64,000 nt of DNA. It comes from a virus. Taxonomy: Duplodnaviria > Caudoviricetes. The translations under genes and the position numbers were made by a program. The stretch spans positions 6,683 to 70,682 of IMG/VR virus record IMGVR_UViG_3300038393_000327, one strand, 5' to 3'. Positions 56,688 to 64,000 of this stretch are shown here, piece after piece; within the stretch, counting starts at the first letter, position 1, and each line of letters opens with the position of its first letter. The notes beneath the pieces were generated by a model. That model did no database searches and was not told where the DNA came from. It saw only the letters and a program-made list of their open reading frames with translations.

Positions 56688-57865
56688 TAGAAATTATCCT
56701 CTATTTCTTCGTCTTGGATATTGAATGGATTAGGTGCAGGTTGTTCAAGGTCAGGATGGAATTGAGGTACTACTGGCTTTAACACTGCATCTATTATTGC
56801 ATTGGCAGCGTTAGGATCAATCCAAGCATTCACTGGCTTCTTCTTACCAACCTTTGGTGCTGCTTGACCTTGTGCAGCGGCTTTGAGGAATGCATTGTCA
56901 GCATCTTCGATATATTTAAAGTTCTTGATGATAACGTGTTTTTGTTCTTCTGTCAGAGCTTCAAACGAACTTCCATATATCTTGATAGACAACTCGTCTA
57001 GATTTTTCGACGACAATTTTTTTGGTGCTTGTTCTTTGTCTAACGCCCTCCAGTCAGGGATTGACACGGCACAATTGGCAGCAAACCAGAAATTCTGTTC
57101 TACCAATTTGTCTTCATCAGGAAATTTCAGTAACTTCCTGTACTTACCGAAGATGTCTGTTAGGAGTTCGTTGCCTCTCTTCTTCCAAGCCAGAATGATA
57201 TCTTTTGGAGTGATATCTTGTCTTGAATACACGAGAAGACTGTTCAGAATTCCAACCCAATCTTCGATGATTTTGATATCAGTTGTCCCTCGAAGAAGTC
57301 TGATTTCTAGAGAACCGTACTTCCACAGTGCGCTCATGTTCAACGCGGCGTACTTAGAAGAATTCGGCTCAATTTCTAGATGATTGAACCTTCTCTTTTG
57401 AATGCAATCCAAGACATGGAGGATAAAGCCGAAGTTCTCTTCTGCATCAGAAAGTGGGAGACAGAAAAGATTGCTTTCTCTCGAAGGACCTGCAAATTTC
57501 TTCAACAAATTCTCAACAATACAATACACTGTCAAGAAATTACCAAGTGTCAGAAACTTTTCGTTCAAGAAATTGATATGGACATGGACACTGGTTGTGA
57601 AAGAACTCTGATTGAATTCGATCCCATCGATCTTTGATTTGAACTCAATCAGAGCTTCAGGGACTTCCTTCTCAAACATCAAAGGAACTTTTAAGACATA
57701 TTCATAAGGTGCCGGTCCTCTTAGAGAATCGTCATTATGGACTGTCCAAAAAGCCATGTTTGGCTTATGATATGCAACCTTCGCTTCTGTTTCAATCTCA
57801 ATACCGAATTCACCTTTATGTTTCTTTAAAGCTTTGAATTTAGCAAATTCGTCTGCTAATGTCAT
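56687..57865 (-). CDS. putative amidoligase (COOH.NH2 ligase type 1)
   Basis: GIEIE, DDSLRG..EYV, SVHVH, KYAALN, G.LEIR. Confidence 0.85.
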   Translation of the reverse strand: MTLADEFAKFKALKKHKGEFGIEIETEAKVAYHKPNMAFWTVHNDDSLRGPAPYEYVLKVPLMFEKEVPEALIEFKSKIDGIEFNQSSFTTSVHVHINFLNEKFLTLGNFLTVYCIVENLLKKFAGPSRESNLFCLPLSDAEENFGFILHVLDCIQKRRFNHLEIEPNSSKYAALNMSALWKYGSLEIRLLRGTTDIKIIEDWVGILNSLLVYSRQDITPKDIILAWKKRGNELLTDIFGKYRKLLKFPDEDKLVEQNFWFAANCAVSIPDWRALDKEQAPKKLSSKNLDELSIKIYGSSFEALTEEQKHVIIKNFKYIEDADNAFLKAAAQGQAAPKVGKKKPVNAWIDPNAANAIIDAVLKPVVPQFHPDLEQPAPNPFNIQDEEIEDNF

Positions 57866-57874
57866 AGTTTATCC

Positions 57875-58504
57875 TTAATCGATTTGCCAACCGAGAACGT
57901 GTGAAAGATATTTCGAAATCACCCATCCGAGTTCATCACTCTTGACATGGACGATGTATTTGTTCGGTTGTATCCATCCTACATACTGGTTCTTGTAGAA
58001 GACTTTAATGATGCCTTGCTCATCGATACTTAAAGCAATCGAGAGATTAATGGCAATTTCACCAACACCCCCTAATTTCCTAAGACCATGCAGAGCCTGT
58101 TCAAGACTTGGATATCTTCGTTGAGCCATTTCAACAAATCCCTGAGAGAACAACAGAGAAGTGACATTGACTATCTTCTTCTTAGCACTTCCAGGAAGAT
58201 ACTGGAATTTAGAATTATGTTGATTAATCCCTTGCTTAACCTTCCTTACAGGAATTCTGGAGAGATATGCTGTTAATTCAAATTTCTTATAGTTAACATA
58301 TCCCAATGGGATACTGGAAAAATCGAAATGATCATCTGTGAACTTGATTTGGTGTTTAGGAGGACCCCCGCCGCCATATTCGAGATCATATAATTCTAAC
58401 ATCTGGCCTCCACCTTCTTTAAAATAGTATGGAGTGCCCTTATACATGAAGATACTCTCAGCAATTTTCTGAGGAATATCTTGAGCAATGATTGTACATT
58501 TCAT
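57875..58504 (-). CDS. hypothetical protein of the amidoligase cluster
   Basis: 209 aa; PLGYVN...YLSR.P.R..KQG. Confidence 0.7.
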   Translation of the reverse strand: MKCTIIAQDIPQKIAESIFMYKGTPYYFKEGGGQMLELYDLEYGGGGPPKHQIKFTDDHFDFSSIPLGYVNYKKFELTAYLSRIPVRKVKQGINQHNSKFQYLPGSAKKKIVNVTSLLFSQGFVEMAQRRYPSLEQALHGLRKLGGVGEIAINLSIALSIDEQGIIKVFYKNQYVGWIQPNKYIVHVKSDELGWVISKYLSHVLGWQID

Positions 58505-59214
58505 AGTGCAATTCTCGGATTAATATTCTGGACGATCTTGAACCTATGCATAACGATATTGAACATTTCTCTTCGTGTGTCTTCTTTGCGGACCCACCTG
58601 TTAGATGGAGCACGGAGTTCAATACCATAACTCTTCGGACGAAATGCTCCCTTACCCCCATAGAAAGCCATCCTTTTCTTCTCTAGAAGAGTTGTGGGTT
58701 CAAAGAACTTTTCACTCCTGAAAGCAGAAGCAACTTTCTGACAAGCATAGAAGTGTTCACCACCAAAAGGTTTCATTCCTTCAGTCCAACCTATATGAAC
58801 GTGACCAGAAGCTGTTCTGAAAGGTTGTTTTTCAAGTCCGGGAGGAGGAGTTTGTTGAGCCCCCATAGATGTAAAATCGGGGACACAACCCAGCATCTTG
58901 GCTTTCCAAGGCTGTTTGTCAAAATACTTTGGATCAAACTTGGCAAATGGAGTATACGACAAGCGTAAATTCTTGTCGATTCTCTTCACCATTTCATTCA
59001 TTTGAGTAAGAACAGTTCTAATATTCCCTTCGAATTCATCTTGAGTTTTAGCAGGATCGATGTTGAATTCAAATGCCATACCATCGACCTGAACAGCACC
59101 CTTATCGACCTTATACGGTTCTTTCTTAGTGCCGGGGAGAATACCATATGCCGAAATATAATCATAGCCATCCAGAATAAAAAGTTCAGGATCGCAACCA
59201 ATTGTTATGTCCAT
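58501..59214 (-). CDS. phiEco32-like COOH.NH2 ligase type 2 (copy 2)
   Basis: TIGCDPELF, QVDGMAFEFN..P, RTASGHVHIG, K.YGIELR. Confidence 0.9.
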   Translation of the reverse strand: MDITIGCDPELFILDGYDYISAYGILPGTKKEPYKVDKGAVQVDGMAFEFNIDPAKTQDEFEGNIRTVLTQMNEMVKRIDKNLRLSYTPFAKFDPKYFDKQPWKAKMLGCVPDFTSMGAQQTPPPGLEKQPFRTASGHVHIGWTEGMKPFGGEHFYACQKVASAFRSEKFFEPTTLLEKKRMAFYGGKGAFRPKSYGIELRAPSNRWVRKEDTRREMFNIVMHRFKIVQNINPRIAL

Positions 59215-59563
59215 CTGTCGTCCAATATGTGTTACGAATTTTAAAATATTTTAGAGCCCTTTTACAACCAACACAAGGCTCTGAATTAGAAACATTTTTA
59301 CCTCCTGTGACCCTCAAAACATAAAGATCACATTCTGTCAAGACATTTTTATCTTTAATTTTAGTTAGAGCATCCAATTCTGCATGAATAAAAATCTTTT
59401 CTTCTTTGTCTGCGAAGAATTTCTGAAGAGGATGGGATTTTTTCTTATTATGCCCAACAGAAAGAATACTTCCTTTATGAACAACAACAGCACAATGCTG
59501 TGAATTTCCCACCTTATCTGCCCTAGGGACAGATTTCAAAAGGAACTGAAAAATGTCATCCAT
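59186..59563 (-). CDS. zinc-dependent nucleotide/nucleic-acid deaminase (CMP/dCMP deaminase fold)
   Basis: H.A, G.N, HAE, PC..C. Confidence 0.85.
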   Translation of the reverse strand: MDDIFQFLLKSVPRADKVGNSQHCAVVVHKGSILSVGHNKKKSHPLQKFFADKEEKIFIHAELDALTKIKDKNVLTECDLYVLRVTGGKNVSNSEPCVGCKRALKYFKIRNTYWTTDGHNNWLRS

Positions 59564-60682
59564 CTAGTTCACGAAATTTCTTTCCCTCAGACCTCCTACT
59601 TCGAAGAGATCATCACACTTCTTACAGAGATAACGTCCTGTGCCTATCTCATTACCAAGATACTGCTCAAGAAGGTCCATGTCCTTTCCGCAACCGCAGC
59701 AATCCTTGTGGAGGGCTTCTCTGGGCATGACTGCTCGTTCTTTTGGGCCTGCTTCTTTGCTTCCCTCTGTTCCCTTCTCGTCCTTTTCCTTAGCTTTCTG
59801 TTGCTCAGGAAGAGGGGATGGTTTTGCCAATTCTGTACGAGGAACAATCCTTAGATCAGGCTTTTGTTGAACAGGAACAAGAACCCCATGCTTTATTTCA
59901 AAACTAGGGGAAAAATCCTTGACTTTCTCCTGTTTCTTTTCGACAGGAGGGGGATTGACATATTCCAACGTCCACGGTTGTTTCTTACTCGAAGCGTGAA
60001 TATCGAGTGGAGAAATCCTATGGATCAACCCTGTAGCGAACTCACATACATTATGTCTCTTAATAAAATTCCTATTTAGAATCCATTCGAGCATCTCTTT
60101 CTCGGAAGCCCAATACAGAACCTTACGGTTCAAATTCCAAGAACAATGCAACGGACGATGTTCATTCCTAGCAAAGACTAGTTCCCTCTTCACCTTGTCA
60201 TAGATCACGATTGCATAAGCAGACTTTGAATTAAGTTTCGAGAGGACTGGTTGAACACCATGAGTGTTGATATCATTGAACATCAGTTCTGAGTCAGTGA
60301 TGTTATTTCCAGGACGATAGTCACTTGACTCTAGAGTTCCGTTGTGCATTCCAACGATCTTACTCAAATCGAATGGATGAGCGTTATCTGCACTGATAAC
60401 TCCTTTAGTTGCTGCCCGGACATGACCAGCGAAGAAGTTATCAACATGAGAATTGAAAAGATGCCTATCTCCACCCTTACCCTTTTCGTGATACCACAAA
60501 AGATAAGCAATTTCATTGGCAGTCTTTTCAACTGTGTAATTAGCATATTTGTTGTAGACAGCGCCTTGAACAATTCCTGCCCCATCCTGACCTCGAACTA
60601 CGGATGCTTGAGCGAGTTCCCTCAAGATTTTCAGGTCCGTGTCGATGATCCCGTTGCCTGCAATACCAAAAATTCCACACAC
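59564..60682 (-). CDS. class II glutamine amidotransferase (copy 2)
   Basis: MCGIFG, RGQDGAG, GHVRAAT, NAHPF, HNG, DSE, WASE. Confidence 0.9.
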   Translation of the reverse strand: MCGIFGIAGNGIIDTDLKILRELAQASVVRGQDGAGIVQGAVYNKYANYTVEKTANEIAYLLWYHEKGKGGDRHLFNSHVDNFFAGHVRAATKGVISADNAHPFDLSKIVGMHNGTLESSDYRPGNNITDSELMFNDINTHGVQPVLSKLNSKSAYAIVIYDKVKRELVFARNEHRPLHCSWNLNRKVLYWASEKEMLEWILNRNFIKRHNVCEFATGLIHRISPLDIHASSKKQPWTLEYVNPPPVEKKQEKVKDFSPSFEIKHGVLVPVQQKPDLRIVPRTELAKPSPLPEQQKAKEKDEKGTEGSKEAGPKERAVMPREALHKDCCGCGKDMDLLEQYLGNEIGTGRYLCKKCDDLFEVGGLRERNFVN

Positions 60683-61002
60683 TATACGATTTCCTTAATT
60701 TTCCAAAGGTTTGAGGTCCTAAGAATCTCTTTGAAAACAGAGAAATTCTTGTTTAGAGGCACAAATCTCGATAGATCATACCATCCTTCACATTCGTATC
60801 TTTCATTAGGACCAACTCTTTTCAATGTGATTGGATTAACAACCTCTAAAAGTTGAACAGCAGGTAAAAACTTCCTACCATTCCAAGCTTCACCTATATC
60901 TCTTATGGTGTAAATCTTGTTCAATGTAAGTATTTGTATGACCGGATTTCCCTTATTTGGTCTAATACAGACAACTTGCATCCCAATTTTAGCATCCCAC
61001 AT
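60682..61002 (-). CDS. hypothetical protein
   Basis: 106 aa; G.QVVCI...LT..KIYTI. Confidence 0.7.
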   Translation of the reverse strand: MWDAKIGMQVVCIRPNKGNPVIQILTLNKIYTIRDIGEAWNGRKFLPAVQLLEVVNPITLKRVGPNERYECEGWYDLSRFVPLNKNFSVFKEILRTSNLWKIKEIV

Positions 61003-61006
61003 GGCA

Positions 61007-61681
61007 TCACAAAAGCATGTTCACCAGTTCAAAGAAATAGACGTTGCAATCATGACGCTCGTCTACATATTCAGGATGGGGTTGGAAGCACAGAGACTTG
61101 GTATGTTCATAATACACAACCTCTGTATCAAATTTGGGATTAGGACGATTTGGATCGGCACTAACAAAGAAAGTTGCTTCCTTTGCAATACCAATCACTT
61201 CTCCCTTATCACTTGGGATCATCATCTGGTGGTGAGTACTGGTCATCTCAAGATCAGTTTGATAGATCAAGAGATCACGTACAGTATGACTACGACCATG
61301 ATTATTCACGTCTTGCCACATCTTCCCACCAGAGAGAATATTGAGGAATTGTCCTCCCCTACAGATACCGACTTTTGGATATCCATCGAAAGCATTCCAA
61401 GCAGCGACTTCCCTACGATCTCGATTAGCATCGAGGTATTCACAGGCTACATTCTTCTCGTTGTAATAGCTTGGAGATACGTCGCTACCACCAGTGAAAC
61501 AAATCAAGTCTGGTTCACCGAGATGTTGATAGTCTGGAATGACCTTGTATCCACGGTCTCTAAACATTCTCTGCACGAGATCATCGTTACCAATTACTTT
61601 GACAGACTTATGTTTAGTCTCGAAATAGTTCAACAGGAGAGCCTTGCCCTTCTTTTCCTGCTTAGCCTTATACTTACTCAT
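61007..61681 (-). CDS. class I glutamine amidotransferase / peptidase C26-like
   Basis: FTGG.DV.P, GICRGGQ, STHHQ, QPHPE. Confidence 0.9.
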   Translation of the reverse strand: MSKYKAKQEKKGKALLLNYFETKHKSVKVIGNDDLVQRMFRDRGYKVIPDYQHLGEPDLICFTGGSDVSPSYYNEKNVACEYLDANRDRREVAAWNAFDGYPKVGICRGGQFLNILSGGKMWQDVNNHGRSHTVRDLLIYQTDLEMTSTHHQMMIPSDKGEVIGIAKEATFFVSADPNRPNPKFDTEVVYYEHTKSLCFQPHPEYVDERHDCNVYFFELVNMLL

Positions 61682-62403
61682 TTGAATTTCTTGTCCATTT
61701 CTTTGAGGTTTTCACGAGAGATTTCAACGCCATAATATCCCACGTAATCCTTATACTTATTATCGCCTAACCATTTTCGTGGATCACCATGACCTAATTT
61801 TGATTTAGCGAAGAGAAGTGTATTATAGGCTGATCTTACGTGTGGTTTGCTTTCTTTGATGGCTTCCCAATCAGGGTCACCACACCAAGCCCAATGGTTA
61901 TCGTTTTCTACACCTCTATACTCTAAACGTTTTCCGTTATACACGAAATCTTTAGCATAGACATACGCTCTGGCGGGATCGATACCTTCCTTCACTGCTT
62001 CATACCAAAAGCGGATATGATCTTCGAATTCATTGAAAGCCCGAGAGGCGATGAGGAAATTCATCAAGAACTTTTTGTTTGCTTTCTTGAGGGTTTCTGG
62101 CCCAACAAAAAAGCCTCTGATTTTCTTCTCGTCTTTGATAATTTCAATTGGGTCTATAAGGAGAGACCTCCAAGGAGATTTATCCCCTGTGATCCATTGT
62201 AGATATTGGACTCCTGCATCATCATCCAACTCACAGTAGTACCCTACTCCTAGATATTTGAAGGTTTTGGGTGAATGGACACCAATCTCGTAATAACAGG
62301 GTTCACGAGCTTCAAGGATTTCTTCTTTGCCTGTCTCGAATGCGAACCAACTATCACTACCGTTACATTTAAGAAGATGCAAACGGCCTGTTTCTTTTGT
62401 CAT
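61678..62403 (-). CDS. hypothetical protein
   Basis: 241 aa, coupled to neighbours. Confidence 0.7.
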   Translation of the reverse strand: MTKETGRLHLLKCNGSDSWFAFETGKEEILEAREPCYYEIGVHSPKTFKYLGVGYYCELDDDAGVQYLQWITGDKSPWRSLLIDPIEIIKDEKKIRGFFVGPETLKKANKKFLMNFLIASRAFNEFEDHIRFWYEAVKEGIDPARAYVYAKDFVYNGKRLEYRGVENDNHWAWCGDPDWEAIKESKPHVRSAYNTLLFAKSKLGHGDPRKWLGDNKYKDYVGYYGVEISRENLKEMDKKFK

Positions 62404-62615
62404 CTTTTCACAATTTCATTTCTATCAAATTTAACTTCGTAAATGGAATATAATTCCTGTATCCCGTACGGATATCTTTGTATCTTTCTTACTGCATCGT
62501 TCTGACTTCTAAGTAAAATCTTATCGTAGTCAGAAACTCTACCTGAATAAATCTTCTTCATCAGGTGCGAAACCACGTAGTCATTCTTTGCGACTACGTA
62601 TTTCTTCTCGATCAT
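62400..62615 (-). CDS. hypothetical protein
   Basis: 71 aa, ATGA overlaps. Confidence 0.6.
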   Translation of the reverse strand: MIEKKYVVAKNDYVVSHLMKKIYSGRVSDYDKILLRSQNDAVRKIQRYPYGIQELYSIYEVKFDRNEIVKR

Positions 62616-63631
62616 TTGAATAATCTTTCAATGTGTTCAATCACTTTTGCACTCCGATAAGTATAATCAGAGTGTTCAATCATATGGAATGGTTTCTTCC
62701 ATTCTCTGAGTTTCTGTACCATACCATAATAGAATTGCCACCTTTGCATCTCCGTCATTACGCGCTCACCATCCTGGACCCAAGGAACAGAAGGAGCCAT
62801 GCATAGATATAGATCGATGTCCCGTTGACGAGCAAATTCGAAAAACGGTAACGAGTCCGCGTCAGGATGCCAAAGTTCAAAATACAAAGCAGTAACGAGA
62901 GATTCAGTGTCGCTAATAACCAGAGGGACATCATAACACCTAGATACTGCATTCTCGATGAAGGCATCTTGTCCATGGAGAATAACTTCGAAGTCTTGTC
63001 TGTTGAGTTTGTTATGTCTAGGCTTGCAGATTGTCCTCCCGTATTCTGGCACACAAGGACACCCGAAGTGTTTTCCAAGTTCCTTGACCAAGAGAGACTT
63101 CCCTGTTGACTCAGGTCCTACGATAGCAACCTTTTTAACGAAGGATGGTTTGACATAGTTAGGTAACAAAGAAAAGTATTGTTGGAGGTCACTTCTTACT
63201 TTTGTTCCACTTACCTGAATGATTTCTCTGTCTGGATCGACGGGATACCATTCGGCGCTAAGTTCTTCAGCAATTCGTTTTCCGTACTCATCAGATGTGA
63301 AGACATGAGTAATATAATTACTTGGACTGACATCATCAAGAATACGGGCAGTATCCGCCAACCAACGATCCCAATAACTTTCATCTGTGATTGTCCCCTT
63401 CTCGTCTTTCGATACATTAATATCGAATTCTCTTTGAGCAATAATTTGATGAGGCCAACCGCCTATGGCCTTTGCAGCCCACTCGATCCTCTTTTGGACA
63501 GGAATAAAATCTTCATCCGTAAAACCAATAAGGACGATCAACTTATCAACACAAGCTGCTGCTGTCTGCAATAAAAGCTCATGACCTTGGTGGAACGGGA
63601 GAAACTTTCCCAGAGTTAGGCCAACTTTCAT
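62612..63631 (-). CDS. nadR: NadR-like NMN adenylyltransferase / ribosylnicotinamide kinase
   Basis: GKFLPFHQGH, SGT.VR, VGPESTGKS, PEYGR, DT, W.QDG.R. Confidence 0.92.
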   Translation of the reverse strand: MKVGLTLGKFLPFHQGHELLLQTAAACVDKLIVLIGFTDEDFIPVQKRIEWAAKAIGGWPHQIIAQREFDINVSKDEKGTITDESYWDRWLADTARILDDVSPSNYITHVFTSDEYGKRIAEELSAEWYPVDPDREIIQVSGTKVRSDLQQYFSLLPNYVKPSFVKKVAIVGPESTGKSLLVKELGKHFGCPCVPEYGRTICKPRHNKLNRQDFEVILHGQDAFIENAVSRCYDVPLVISDTESLVTALYFELWHPDADSLPFFEFARQRDIDLYLCMAPSVPWVQDGERVMTEMQRWQFYYGMVQKLREWKKPFHMIEHSDYTYRSAKVIEHIERLFK

Positions 63632-64000
63632 TTTTCTGCCACTTCATCTACGATTTCATCGTCTATCCACTGGAATATCCCGTAGATACACAGACACAAT
63701 AGAATTACATACAGACCACTGGTCACATACAACTCCTTGAGGAAATACACAGGAATGGCAACTAGATCAATCATGATCCATAGTATCCAATTCTCTGTGA
63801 ATTTCTTACTCAAAAGGTATTGAGCCACGATAGAAGCCACCATGATGAACGAGTCCCATCCGGGATAGGCAGCATGAGTGTAGAACTTGAAAAACAGTCC
63901 GAAGACAGCAGTTCCAACAAGAACACCTAGTGCAACCAACGTCATCTCTGAGGTAGTCAAGCTCCTTGGATGAAGAGTGTTCTTTCCTTCATCCCCTTGA
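63628..64000 (-). CDS. pnuC: nicotinamide riboside transporter, 5' part outside the window
   Basis: WDSF...SIVAQYL..KK..ENW.LW...D..AI..Y..K.LY; frame is open to the window edge. Confidence 0.88.
   Translation of the reverse strand, partial: QGDEGKNTLHPRSLTTSEMTLVALGVLVGTAVFGLFFKFYTHAAYPGWDSFIMVASIVAQYLLSKKFTENWILWIMIDLVAIPVYFLKELYVTSGLYVILLCLCIYGIFQWIDDEIVDEVAEK

Noticed and set aside
60917-61735. 272-aa plus-strand ORF and other long antisense ORFs in the track
   Set aside because: Antisense to well-supported genes, with no SD or recognisable motifs.

Overview
This is about 64 kb of a lytic podovirus-type dsDNA phage genome. The head/tail module resembles SIO1/Cobavirus-like (Zobellviridae-like) podophages, and an alphaproteobacterial host is likely (inference from the GTA-type holin and a GC-rich fibre insert). 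Layout: (i) 1-7.6 kb, minus strand, small early genes plus a dense 1.4 kb non-coding RNA cluster; (ii) 8.5-37.2 kb, plus strand, terminase, portal, capsid, tail, lysis and ejection genes; (iii) 37.3-64 kb, minus strand, nucleotide metabolism and T7-like replication genes (class II RNR, ThyX, PolA, primase-helicase, SSB, exonuclease, RNase H), a phiEco32-like amidoligase/ATP-grasp/glutamine amidotransferase cluster and a NadR-PnuC pair. No RNA polymerase, integrase, CRISPR array, reverse transcriptase or canonical tRNA gene was seen. Three signals are not explained by the ORF track. (1) Six structurally related ncRNA units share AGG-N7-CAGCAA...CCTG with covarying closing stems; one carries a circularly permuted, anticodon-less tRNA and a second CCA-ending tRNA mimic lies upstream. 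(2) Five conserved minus-strand genes appear to start at AUA or AUU behind strong Shine-Dalgarno (SD) sites. (3) Two long-range RNA stalks with an identical core each bracket a pair of early genes. All structures were read by eye; no folding program or database search was run.
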